32,000 nt of DNA from Alkanindiges illinoisensis DSM 15370. GTDB lineage: Bacteria > Pseudomonadota > Gammaproteobacteria > Pseudomonadales > Moraxellaceae. The notes beneath the pieces are model-generated. The model saw only the letters and a program-made list of their open reading frames with translations, ran no database searches and was not told where the DNA came from. Positions 10,282-19,373 of this stretch are shown here, piece by piece; position 1 is the first letter of the stretch; each line of letters starts with the position of its first letter. The translations under genes were made by a program, and so were the position numbers. The stretch lies in assembly GCF_000619845.1 (NCBI RefSeq), contig NZ_JHUX01000003.1:490064-522063 (forward strand). The letters run 5' to 3'.

Positions 10282-12750
10282 ATGCGGCACTCATATTTTA
10301 CACTGCCTCTGACACTGGTTAGCGCAATGGCTTTGGTACAGCAGGCCAATGCTGAAGATTTTGTAGCACAGGACGTCCGGATTGAAGGACTAGTGCGGCT
10401 TGCACCAGCCAGCGTTTACGGAGTATTGCCGGTAAGCAGCGGTGATCAGGTTACTGATGCAAAAGTGGCAGACAGTATTCGTGCCTTATATGCCACTGGC
10501 AACTTTGATGACATTCAAAGTGTACGTGATGGTAATACACTGGTGTTCAAGGTCATTGAGCGCCCGGTCATTTCATCAGTGACCTTTACTGGTAATAAAC
10601 TAATTCCAACGGATACCCTAAAGCAGGGTCTAAAAAGCCTGAATCTGACTGAAGGTCAGGTGCTCAAGCGTGCGACCTTGCAAAATATTGAAAATGAGCT
10701 TGAGCAGCAATATGCCCAGCAGGGTCGTTATGATGCTGACGTCACTGTAGAAACTACCCCACGGGCCAACAACCGGGTCGATTTAAACTTTAAGTTTATC
10801 GAGGGTACGGCAGCCAAGGTTTTTGATATTAATGTCATTGGTAACACTGTATTTAAGGACAGTGACATCCTGCAAGCCTTTGCAGTTAAAGAAAGCTCAT
10901 GGTCATCCGTGTTGACCCGGAATGACCGCTATGCCCGCGAGCGCATGACAGCCAGTCTGGAAAGTCTGCGTGCACTTTATTTAAACAAGGGCTATGTTAA
11001 TTTCAATGTGAATAATGCCCAGCTCAATATTAGTGATGATAAAAAACGCATTTTTATTGAAGTCAGCATCAGCGAAGGTGAGCAGTATAAATTTGGTCAA
11101 ACCAAGTTTTTAGGCGATACGCTATTTTCGCAGGATGAATTACGCCCACTGGCAATTTTCAAGGAAGGTGCAACTTACTCGCAAGCGCAAGTCAATGCGG
11201 TTAAGGAATTATTGACACGCAAATATGGCAATGCAGGCTATTATTTTGCCGAGATCAACGCTGTACCTGACATTGATGAAGCAAACAAAACCGTTAACCT
11301 GAATTATTATATTAATCCGGGCAAGCAGGTCACGGTGCGTCGCATTAACTTCAATGGCAATACCAAGACAGCCGACGAAGTGCTACGCCGTGAAATGCGT
11401 CAAATGGAAGGTGCACTGGCTACCAATGAAAAAATTGATCTGTCCAAAGTGCGTCTGGAGCGGACAGGCTATTTTAAGACTGTAGCAATTGAGCCTGTTC
11501 GTGTTCCTAATACAGCCGATCAGATTGACCTGAATGTCAAGGTTGAAGAGCAAAACTCTGGTACCAGTACTGTTGCTGTAGGCTATTCGCAAGGTGGCGG
11601 TGTCACTTTCCAGCTGGGTCTTAGCCAGACTAACTTTCTGGGAACTGGTAATCAGGTGGCAATTGATCTGTCACGTTCTGAAACCCTCGATTACTATAAC
11701 CTGAATGTTTTGGATCCCTACTTTACCATTGATGGGGTCAGCCGTGGTTATAATGCTTATATGCGTAAAACCAAGCTGGACAAGCTCAACGTTAGTACCT
11801 ATGTAACTGATTCTCTAGGTGGCAGTTTAACGTTTGGTTATCCACTGGATGAAAACCAGAATGTCAGTGCATCATTCAATGTAGATGATACCCAGATTTC
11901 TACGGGTCAGTTTGTATCAGTTGCTATTCGCGATTATCTGCTGGCAAATGGCGGTAAAACGACTCGAACTTTTACCACAACCAAAACAGTGACCAGAACC
12001 AAGACAAACCCGGATACCGGAGAGATCATTCGTGATGTTGATGGCAAGCCAGTACAGGAAACCATTCAGGTTCCAGACCGGACTTATGGCAATGCTTTTG
12101 AAGGCGATTATCTTACCTACAACCTGAATCTGGCTTGGGCTTACAATACTTTGAACCGTCCTGTATTCCCAACCAAAGGCATGTACCATCGTTTGTCGCT
12201 GGATATTGCCTTGCCCGGCAGTGACGTGGAATATCAAAAACTGACCTATGATGGTCAGGCACTATTCCCATTGGGTGACAAGTTTGTCCTACGTACGTAT
12301 AGTAAATTGGGCTACGGTAATGATTTGCCTTTCTATAAGAACTATTTTGCTGGTGGTTATGGCTCAGTCCGCGGTTATAAGGAAAGTACGCTGGGGCCAC
12401 GTAGTCCCGCAGTGATTTATCAGGAAACTGGTACTACTGATACAGATCCAGAAGCCATTGGTGGTAATGCTCTGATTCAGGGTGGGGTAGAGCTGGTATT
12501 GCCTGTACCATTCAAGGGTGACTGGTCACGACAGATCCGTCCTGTTCTGTTTGTTGAAGGGGGTCAGGTCTATAATACTGATGCTTCGGACTTTGAAATC
12601 AATGCTGATAACATTCGTTACAGTGCTGGTGTCGGATTTACCTGGATTACGGTGATTGGCCCATTATCGCTGAGCTATGCGTATCCGCTTAACCAGAAAG
12701 ATGGTGATGAAACAAAACGTGTTCAGTTTGAAATTGGACGTACCTTTTAA
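10282..12750 (+). CDS. bamA: Outer membrane protein assembly factor BamA
   Basis: Signal peptide MRHSYFTLPLTLVSAMALVQQANA followed by EDF, POTRA repeats, a beta-barrel with the loop-6 motif GSVRGY and a C-terminal FEIGRTF. ATG 10282 is preferred over TTG 10267. Confidence 0.92.
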   Translation: MRHSYFTLPLTLVSAMALVQQANAEDFVAQDVRIEGLVRLAPASVYGVLPVSSGDQVTDAKVADSIRALYATGNFDDIQSVRDGNTLVFKVIERPVISSVTFTGNKLIPTDTLKQGLKSLNLTEGQVLKRATLQNIENELEQQYAQQGRYDADVTVETTPRANNRVDLNFKFIEGTAAKVFDINVIGNTVFKDSDILQAFAVKESSWSSVLTRNDRYARERMTASLESLRALYLNKGYVNFNVNNAQLNISDDKKRIFIEVSISEGEQYKFGQTKFLGDTLFSQDELRPLAIFKEGATYSQAQVNAVKELLTRKYGNAGYYFAEINAVPDIDEANKTVNLNYYINPGKQVTVRRINFNGNTKTADEVLRREMRQMEGALATNEKIDLSKVRLERTGYFKTVAIEPVRVPNTADQIDLNVKVEEQNSGTSTVAVGYSQGGGVTFQLGLSQTNFLGTGNQVAIDLSRSETLDYYNLNVLDPYFTIDGVSRGYNAYMRKTKLDKLNVSTYVTDSLGGSLTFGYPLDENQNVSASFNVDDTQISTGQFVSVAIRDYLLANGGKTTRTFTTTKTVTRTKTNPDTGEIIRDVDGKPVQETIQVPDRTYGNAFEGDYLTYNLNLAWAYNTLNRPVFPTKGMYHRLSLDIALPGSDVEYQKLTYDGQALFPLGDKFVLRTYSKLGYGNDLPFYKNYFAGGYGSVRGYKESTLGPRSPAVIYQETGTTDTDPEAIGGNALIQGGVELVLPVPFKGDWSRQIRPVLFVEGGQVYNTDASDFEINADNIRYSAGVGFTWITVIGPLSLSYAYPLNQKDGDETKRVQFEIGRTF

Positions 12751-12795
12751 GCAAATGGATGCTTAAAAACACTTAAGAGTCACAAGGAGTTTAAT

Positions 12796-13299
12796 ATGCG
12801 TCATTTATTTGCCACAGCCGCACTGACCATTGCTGCTTTATCAACCAGTGCTGCTTATGCTAATAATGTTGCAGTTGCCGATTCGCAAGCAGCAATTTTT
12901 AATTCAAAATACGCCAAGCAAACCGTGGCTAACCTAAACAGTAGCCTAAAGCCGCAGCGTGACCGGATTGAAGCCCTGCAAAAAGAACTGGCTGGTATTG
13001 AAAACCGCTTCAAGACTGATGCCAAAGTACTGAAGGAAGATCAGGTGAGAGCATTGCAAACGCAGGCACAAAGCAAGATCAACGAGTACAACAGTACTGC
13101 TGAAGGTCTGCAAAAGCGTGTTGATGAAACGCAAGCCACCATGTACAAAACCCTGCTGCCAAAACTTGAGAAAATCATTGAAGATATTCGCAAGGAAGGC
13201 AACTATGACATTATCATTGAAAAGAAAAATGTCATCTGGAGCAGCCCAACTGTGGACATTACCAGCAAAATTACTGAACGTCTGGATGCTACCCAGTAA
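12796..13299 (+). CDS. skp: Periplasmic chaperone Skp (OmpH family)
   Basis: 167 aa with a signal peptide ending AYA and a coiled-coil-rich, basic OmpH-like body. AAGGAG lies upstream, and the gene holds the conserved position between bamA and lpxD. Confidence 0.85.
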   Translation: MRHLFATAALTIAALSTSAAYANNVAVADSQAAIFNSKYAKQTVANLNSSLKPQRDRIEALQKELAGIENRFKTDAKVLKEDQVRALQTQAQSKINEYNSTAEGLQKRVDETQATMYKTLLPKLEKIIEDIRKEGNYDIIIEKKNVIWSSPTVDITSKITERLDATQ

Positions 13300-13316
13300 C
13301 TGCCAGATTATTTGGT

Positions 13317-14408
13317 ATGGTTCCTTCCGCATTGACACTGGGTCAACTGGCCGCGCGGCTTAATGCTGAGCTGATCGGTAACCCGGATACTGCCATTCAG
13401 GGCCTGGCTTCATTACAGCATGCCAAGCCCTGGCATCTGGCTTTTTTATCCAACAGTCGCTATAAGTCCCAGCTCACTGAAACACAGGCTGGTGCTGTCC
13501 TTATTCGTAAGGAAGATATGGGAGAGTACAGGGGCAATGCCCTGATTGTACCCAATCCCTATGCTGCCTTTGCAGGCCTGAGCCATTTATTTGACCAAAC
13601 CCCCAAGCCTGCTGTCTTTATTCATCCAACCGCAGTAATTGCTCCTTCAGCCACTATTGACCCATCGGCATCGATTGGCCCTTATGTGGTCATTGAAGAT
13701 GAGGCCAATATTGCTGCTAATGTCATTCTAGAAAGCCATGTTTGTATTGCCAAAGGAAGCTCTATTGGCAAGGGGTCATGGCTGGATAAGCATGTCACGG
13801 TTCAGCATCATTGCCAGCTTGGCGAACGAGTCCGGGTGCATGCAGGCACAGTAATTGGTGCCGATGGCTTTGGCTTTGCCCCGCATGAAGGGCAATGGTA
13901 CCGGATTGCCCAGCTGGGACGTGTCGTTATTGGCAATGATGTAAGGATTGGCGCTAACTGTACCATTGATCGTGGCGCGCTGGATGATACAACCATTGGT
14001 CAAGGTGTCATTATCGACAATTTGGTGCAGATTGCCCACAATGTACAGATTGGTGATTACACTGCCATCGCAGCGAATGTCGGAATTGCAGGTAGTGCCA
14101 GCATTGGCAAGCATTGTATTATTGGTGGTGCGTCCGGTATTGCCGGGCATTTGTCCATCTGTGATCATGTTAACCTGACAGGCATGGCCATGATCACCAA
14201 ATCTATCAATCAGCCAGGTACTTATTCGTCTGGTACGTCATTTGCTGAAAATTCACAATGGAAGAAAATGGTGGTGCGTTTGCGGCAGCTTGCTGATGTA
14301 CCACTAACCCAGCTAATTAAACAAATTGAGCATTTGCAAGCGCGGGTTGAACAGGTAGAATCGCGGGCAACTTCTTACCCGCCATCATCACTACCTCAAG
14401 ATGACTAA
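13317..14408 (+). CDS. lpxD: UDP-3-O-(3-hydroxyacyl)glucosamine N-acyltransferase
   Basis: The N-terminus MVPSALTLGQLAARLNAELIGN parallels E. coli LpxD, followed by a long left-handed beta-helix of hexapeptide repeats. It holds the conserved skp-lpxD-fabZ-lpxA position. Confidence 0.9.
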   Translation: MVPSALTLGQLAARLNAELIGNPDTAIQGLASLQHAKPWHLAFLSNSRYKSQLTETQAGAVLIRKEDMGEYRGNALIVPNPYAAFAGLSHLFDQTPKPAVFIHPTAVIAPSATIDPSASIGPYVVIEDEANIAANVILESHVCIAKGSSIGKGSWLDKHVTVQHHCQLGERVRVHAGTVIGADGFGFAPHEGQWYRIAQLGRVVIGNDVRIGANCTIDRGALDDTTIGQGVIIDNLVQIAHNVQIGDYTAIAANVGIAGSASIGKHCIIGGASGIAGHLSICDHVNLTGMAMITKSINQPGTYSSGTSFAENSQWKKMVVRLRQLADVPLTQLIKQIEHLQARVEQVESRATSYPPSSLPQDD

Positions 14409-14892
14409 AGATATTTCCTCTGCTGTATCCCTTGATTACCAGTTGCCCATGCAGGCTGACGCCATTCGCAGTTATCTGCCGCAGCGTTATCCCTTCCTGC
14501 TGGTTGACCGGGTGACTGACGTTGTACCCAATCAGTCTATCAAGGGCTTAAAAAATGTTTCTATTAATGAAGAATTCTTTCAGGGACATTTTCCAGGCTT
14601 GCCAATTATGCCTGGTGTGCTAATTGTTGAGTCAATGGCACAAATTGCTGGTATTCTAGGCTTTATGAGTGCAGGCAAGCGCCCGCGTGATGGCTATATG
14701 TTTTTGTTTGCAGGTGCAGACAAGGTACGGTTTAAGCGTCAGGTGATTCCTGGGGATACACTCATATTAAGTGCTGAGCTGTTAATGCAGCGAAGAGGGA
14801 TTTTCAAGTTCAGTTGCCAGGCCCATGTAGAAGGAAAACTTGTGGCCAGTGCTGAAATTCTGGTTTCGGAACAACAGATTACATTAATATGA
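14401..14892 (+). CDS. fabZ: 3-hydroxyacyl-ACP dehydratase FabZ
   Basis: LPQRYPFLLVDRV and FFQGHFPGLPIMPGVLIVESMAQ hot-dog motifs. It overlaps the lpxD stop by 8 nt. Confidence 0.92.
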   Translation: MTKDISSAVSLDYQLPMQADAIRSYLPQRYPFLLVDRVTDVVPNQSIKGLKNVSINEEFFQGHFPGLPIMPGVLIVESMAQIAGILGFMSAGKRPRDGYMFLFAGADKVRFKRQVIPGDTLILSAELLMQRRGIFKFSCQAHVEGKLVASAEILVSEQQITLI

Positions 14893-15707
14893 AAAATAAT
14901 AGTGCACAAAACAGTAGTGTGACTTCCAACCCAAATATTCATCCTACTGCAATTATTCATCCAACCGCACAGATTGCAGCCAGTGTCACGATTGGTGCTT
15001 ATAGTATTGTTGGTCCGCAGGTAAGCATTGATGAAGATTGTGACATTGGCCCGCATGTGGTAATTGCGGGTTTGACCCGTATTGGCAAACGTAACCGGAT
15101 TTTTCAGTTTGCCAGCATTGGTGAAATTTGTCAGGATCTGAAATTCAAGGGTGAGGAAACCTGGCTCGAAATTGGGGATGATAATATTATCCGTGAAGCC
15201 TGTACCCTGCATCGTGGTACTGTGCAGGATCAAAGCCTGACCCGGCTTGGCCATCGTAACCTGCTGATGGTAAATACCCATATCGCGCATGATTGCATGA
15301 TTGGTAATGATAATATTTTTGCCAATAATGTTGGGATTGCGGGGCATGTGAGCATAGGTGATCATACTATTATTGGCGGGAATTCAGGTGTTCACCAGTT
15401 TTGCAGGATTGATTCCTATAGCATGATTGGTGGCGGTAGTACGATTTTAAAAGATGTGCCGGCTTATACCATGGTGTCTGGTAATCCAGCGCATGCTTAT
15501 GGCATGAATTATGAAGGCATGCGTCGCAAAGGCTGGGATGCTGATAAAATCAATAATCTGCGTAAAGCCTTTAAAATGGTTTATCGTGAAAACCTAACGA
15601 CTGTTCAGGCCGTTGATAAACTTACCAATGAGCTGTTACCGCAAACGCCAGAAGTACAATTGCTGATTGATTCACTAACATCATCCAAGCGCGGTATCGT
15701 GCGTTAA
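14889..15707 (+). CDS. lpxA: Acyl-ACP:UDP-N-acetylglucosamine O-acyltransferase
   Basis: IHPTAIIHPTAQI hexapeptide repeats and a C-terminal helical domain. The start overlaps the fabZ stop (ATGA). Confidence 0.9.
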   Translation: MKNNSAQNSSVTSNPNIHPTAIIHPTAQIAASVTIGAYSIVGPQVSIDEDCDIGPHVVIAGLTRIGKRNRIFQFASIGEICQDLKFKGEETWLEIGDDNIIREACTLHRGTVQDQSLTRLGHRNLLMVNTHIAHDCMIGNDNIFANNVGIAGHVSIGDHTIIGGNSGVHQFCRIDSYSMIGGGSTILKDVPAYTMVSGNPAHAYGMNYEGMRRKGWDADKINNLRKAFKMVYRENLTTVQAVDKLTNELLPQTPEVQLLIDSLTSSKRGIVR

Positions 15708-15722
15708 GTTTTAGCATTAACT

Positions 15723-15762
15723 AAAAACCGCCCAGATTGATTAAGCAACTGGGCGGTTTTTT
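15723..15762. terminator. Bidirectional rho-independent terminator between convergent lpxA and the SIMPL-domain gene
   Basis: AAAAACCGCCCAG (15723-15735) pairs with CTGGGCGGTTTTT (15749-15761). An A-tract and a T-tract flank the GC-rich stem, so either strand reads as a hairpin followed by a U-run. Confidence 0.85.
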
Positions 15763-15802
15763 ATGTTTAACGCTTGCAGCCTTAAGTTAGGCTCAGAAAT
15801 AA

Positions 15803-16534
15803 TTAGCGCAATTGAACGCTACCTGAAGCATTAACCCGAAGCTGACTATTACCACCTTGCACATTCTGGCTTTCCATGGGCGCTGCGGCATCTCTGGCTT
15901 TCATGGCATACATGATAGGCGGACGTTCATTATTCATGGCATTTAAATCAAGGCTCACCAGTTCATAACCGCTGGCTTGCCAGGACTGCTGCAACAGGCG
16001 AGCACGTTGCTGGAATGCCTGAGAAGCTTCCACCATCAATTCATTTTCAACCCGCTTGCGTTCATCATCAGACACACTAAAGTTAATGGACTGAATCTGC
16101 ATCTTGTCCTGCAAGGCTGCAATCAAATCACTGGTGGCTTTAAAGTCAGTGCTTTTAAGCTCAATTTGCGCCCGGGCGCGCCAGCCTTTTAGCTTGTTCT
16201 TGTCATCATAAATGGGATAGGTGCTTTGTGCCCCGGTACTCACTTTAACCTGTGGATATTTGGCAGCCTGACGTATGGCTTCATTCAGGGTGCTGGTAAT
16301 ATCCTGCGACAGGCTGGTGGGGCTATTGCTGTTGAGTTCAGTAAACAACACGGCTTCCATCTGGTTATTGGTGACTTCACGCGTCGCATCGGCCTGAAGC
16401 TGAATCAGACGGTACTGCGGTTTGTCAGTATCCGCGAATGCTGCTGGCGCGCTTAAACCCAGTAATGAACCCGCAAGAACCGTACTATAAATTGCACGTT
16501 GAATGAGCGTATGTGATTTGATGTTTTTCATCAT
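15803..16534 (-). CDS. Periplasmic SIMPL-domain (DUF541) protein, YggE-like
   Basis: 243 aa with a signal peptide ending AFA. The overall pattern (e.g. LKGWRARAQIELKSTDF) resembles E. coli YggE and the SIMPL family as I recall them. Confidence 0.7.
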   Translation of the reverse strand: MMKNIKSHTLIQRAIYSTVLAGSLLGLSAPAAFADTDKPQYRLIQLQADATREVTNNQMEAVLFTELNSNSPTSLSQDITSTLNEAIRQAAKYPQVKVSTGAQSTYPIYDDKNKLKGWRARAQIELKSTDFKATSDLIAALQDKMQIQSINFSVSDDERKRVENELMVEASQAFQQRARLLQQSWQASGYELVSLDLNAMNNERPPIMYAMKARDAAAPMESQNVQGGNSQLRVNASGSVQLR

Positions 16535-16720
16535 TTATGAATCCTTATGATCCAATTTAAAGTTAATTGTTGCACAGAAAATTAACCAGAAAGTTGATTG
16601 TGAAAAATCACTACTTTAAGGTTTATGGGAAGCATCATGGCTGGACTGTTTATTAAACTCAGTTCATTTAATGTGAATACTTCATTGTTTTAAGTAGAAA
16701 ATTAGCTAAAAAACAAAAAA

Positions 16721-17710
16721 TTATGGATGCGCAGTAATGAAGCTGCGGGCATATTGGGCTTCCGGTGAACCTGAATAATCACGCACCAGCTTTTTCATTA
16801 AAGCGGTAGCTTCACTGGTGCGTTTGTCAATTTCTTGTGTGATGGTAGCAACCCGGTACAAGGCGGTAGAAGCCTTGGCACTTTTTGGATATTTGTTGAT
16901 GACTTCATTAAAGCTTTTTTTAGCTTTAACAAAATCAGCCGGATTGCTGGCTAGATAAAACTCCCCAAGCCAGTAATAGGCATTGGGGACATAAACACTA
17001 TTGGGAAAACTGGCAATAAATTGCTGCATCGGTTTAATGGCTTTGGACGCGCCACCTGCCTTATACGCATCATAGGCGCTAATGTAGGCCTGTTTGTCAG
17101 GTTGTTTGTCGTTTGAAGCATCCTGCTGTACATACAGTGTATTGCCAGAAGACGGTTTGCTATTTGCAGGGGCTGATGGTGTGCCGGAAACAGGTGGAGT
17201 GGCATCCGGTGCTGGAGACGTAGTTTTTGCCGCAGGCTTAGGTATATCAGCCGGCGTATTGCTGACGGGTGCATTGCTTATAGGCGAATTGGTATCTGGG
17301 GCAGCTGAGTTGGTATCCCCATTTCCTGTAACATCATCCGGATTGTCGCTGTTTTCATCAGCAGGCTGGGTTTGCTCTTTTAATAGCTCAAGTCGCTGAT
17401 CCAGATCGGTATAACGGTTTTTCACCTCTTTTTGGGTGCGATCCAGCGTGTCCTGTTGTGATTCCAGTTGGCCACGCAATTCACGGACTTCCTGCTGAAG
17501 CTGCTGAACCTGCTGATAAAGCTGCCACAGGGTAGAGCCTTGGTCATCTGTTGCTACAGTGCCAGCTGTTGCCACTGAGCTGTTATTGGCTTGGGTCAGG
17601 CTGCCTTGTTCAATAGGAACTGCCTGTGCCTGCGGAAGCGCAGTAATGCCCAGCGTTCCTGCCAACAGCATGCCCTGCATAAATTTTTTTGAAATTGAAA
17701 AACTGGCCAT
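16721..17710 (-). CDS. cpoB: Cell-division coordinator CpoB (YbgF), Tol-Pal-associated TPR protein
   Basis: I start at ATG 17710 (MASFSISKKFMQGMLLAGTLGITALPQAQA signal peptide); the ORF track extends to 17764. The protein has an N-terminal coiled coil (LWQLYQQVQQLQQEVRELRGQLESQQ), a long P/T/S/N-rich linker, and a C-terminal YbgF-type TPR block (YDAYKAGGASKAIKPMQQFIASFPNSVYVPNAYYWLGEFY). Confidence 0.8.
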   Translation of the reverse strand: MASFSISKKFMQGMLLAGTLGITALPQAQAVPIEQGSLTQANNSSVATAGTVATDDQGSTLWQLYQQVQQLQQEVRELRGQLESQQDTLDRTQKEVKNRYTDLDQRLELLKEQTQPADENSDNPDDVTGNGDTNSAAPDTNSPISNAPVSNTPADIPKPAAKTTSPAPDATPPVSGTPSAPANSKPSSGNTLYVQQDASNDKQPDKQAYISAYDAYKAGGASKAIKPMQQFIASFPNSVYVPNAYYWLGEFYLASNPADFVKAKKSFNEVINKYPKSAKASTALYRVATITQEIDKRTSEATALMKKLVRDYSGSPEAQYARSFITAHP

Positions 17711-17838
17711 AAAAAGCAACATCTCATCATTAAAAGCAGTTATTACAAAAATACACCAAGACAATCATGGAATTGAAGCCAATCCAGCTTTAAATCACAG
17801 TTTTTTTGTTGGTTCAGGTGACACAACCCTTGTACAAC

Positions 17839-18882
17839 TTATACCTTGCGTCCATAACCTTCCAGCAAATTGAAAAAAGAACCATCAGTAACTTGTGCTT
17901 CAGTCATTGCCGAGGCTAGCTCTAATAAAGGCTGGTTAATGGCTTCATCCGTGAGCTGAAAGGTGCGGTAATGAATGGAGAGTGACTGCTTGCTGTGCAG
18001 GTCAAGATGTGCCCGAATTGCATCGGCTGGATTCATATGCATGGTTCGCATGATCTTACGAGGCTCATACGCGCCAATTGGCAGCAGGCTTAAACGTGGT
18101 GCTCCCAGATTTTCCCGTATCTGCTGAAAATGTGGCGAGTAACCAGTATCGCCTGCAAAGAAACAGTGATCATCCGGCGTTAAAATGGATAAGCCGCCCC
18201 ATAATGCCTTGTTACGATCCTTTAGGCCGCGGCCAGAAAAGTGTTGGGCTGGGGTATAAACGATTTTAATGCGGTTATCAGGCTTAAAGTCAGCCTGTTG
18301 CCACCAGTCCAGCTCAATGACCTGCATCTCTTCTGGTAAATAACAGCGATTGGCCAGGCCGGTATAAATGGGCATACGATCACGCTGATGCAGCCATTTT
18401 AAGCTGGCCAGATCCAGATGATCATAATGATTGTGGCTTAGCAGCACCGCATCAATTGGTGGTAGCTCATCTAGTGCAATGCCAGCAGGGCGTACCCGTT
18501 TTGGCCCCAGATGCGGAAGTGGGCTAACATGTTGTGCCCATACGGGGTCAGTTAAAAAGTTGTAGGGTCCAATCTGGATCAATACAGTTGCATGACCAAC
18601 AAACCACACCTGCCAATCGTTAAGAGTTGCATCAGGGCGTGCTTGGGGCTTGTCCAGACAGGAAGGTATAGTTTCCTGGGCTGGCCACTGGGCAGGCTTG
18701 CGAAACAGCAGCCATTCATATAGCGCTACACTGCGCGTACTCTCTGACGCAGGATTAAAAAAGCCATGCTTGCTGCTGTGATCACTAGGCAAATACTGAA
18801 AATCTGGCCTTAATAAAGCATGTTGTCCACTAAACTGGGTGGTAAGTTGTTGAACCGGATGGGAGCGACGCAAGCGCGACAT
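17839..18882 (-). CDS. MBL-fold metallo-hydrolase, NAPE-PLD-like (Lactamase_B_2 type)
   Basis: Contains the HxHxDH motif SHNHYDHLD, as in N-acyl-phosphatidylethanolamine phospholipase D-type MBL proteins. I prefer ATG 18882 (MSRLRRSHP), which has GGAGA about 5 nt upstream, over the ORF-track start at 18915. Confidence 0.75.
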   Translation of the reverse strand: MSRLRRSHPVQQLTTQFSGQHALLRPDFQYLPSDHSSKHGFFNPASESTRSVALYEWLLFRKPAQWPAQETIPSCLDKPQARPDATLNDWQVWFVGHATVLIQIGPYNFLTDPVWAQHVSPLPHLGPKRVRPAGIALDELPPIDAVLLSHNHYDHLDLASLKWLHQRDRMPIYTGLANRCYLPEEMQVIELDWWQQADFKPDNRIKIVYTPAQHFSGRGLKDRNKALWGGLSILTPDDHCFFAGDTGYSPHFQQIRENLGAPRLSLLPIGAYEPRKIMRTMHMNPADAIRAHLDLHSKQSLSIHYRTFQLTDEAINQPLLELASAMTEAQVTDGSFFNLLEGYGRKV

Positions 18883-19373
18883 AAAATTCTCCAGTATGGC
18901 TAACTCAATCAGCATTGATGAAATAGTTGTTAGGTAATTATGAACTCTAATGGAATGTTAGCTTAGAAAAACCGTCATAAGTAGCGAAATAAGTTTAAAT
19001 TATTCAGTAAGCATAAATTTTATTAAAATATATTTATTCGTGCGGTTTAGTTTTTTTAAAAGTGCTCTGAATAATATGGATTAAACCATATTAGAATAAA
19101 AGAAATTAAATCTTGAATTAATTATAAAGACCACTTTCTGTCATAAAAATGGAAAATTTAAATAAGTTCATGTTTTTACTTAATTTAAAAAGAAGATGTT
19201 AATAAATATAAAGTTACTTTTTCTATAAAAAATTACTTGGCTTACTTATAGTCACCTAAAGCAGCATTAATGCTATTAAAACTGATGGTTTTAAAACATC
19301 GTAACTTGTTTATTACGGCTATGTTGGATGTACCGAATTTCCGGTAGTCATTAATCGTCAAGGTAGGTGCACT

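Noticed and set aside
14739-15365. A 208-aa ORF antisense to fabZ/lpxA. Similar antisense ORFs lie at 13776-14168 (lpxD), 5735-6352 (frr/uppS), 8439-8864 (dxr), 12946-13338 (skp), 21099-21593 (recA) and 26483-26821 (ACAD).
   Set aside because: All lie entirely within, and opposite to, strongly supported conserved genes. They have no Shine-Dalgarno or recognisable domains, and the hexapeptide-repeat genes are known to give long open antisense frames. These are shadow ORFs.
16535-16720. Intergenic regions at 16535-16720, 17711-17838, 20319-20390 and 31214-31415, scanned for tRNA-like ends, CRISPR-like repeats or transposon inverted repeats.
   Set aside because: No TPsiC-arm or acceptor-like motifs, no spaced direct repeats and no terminal inverted repeats were seen.
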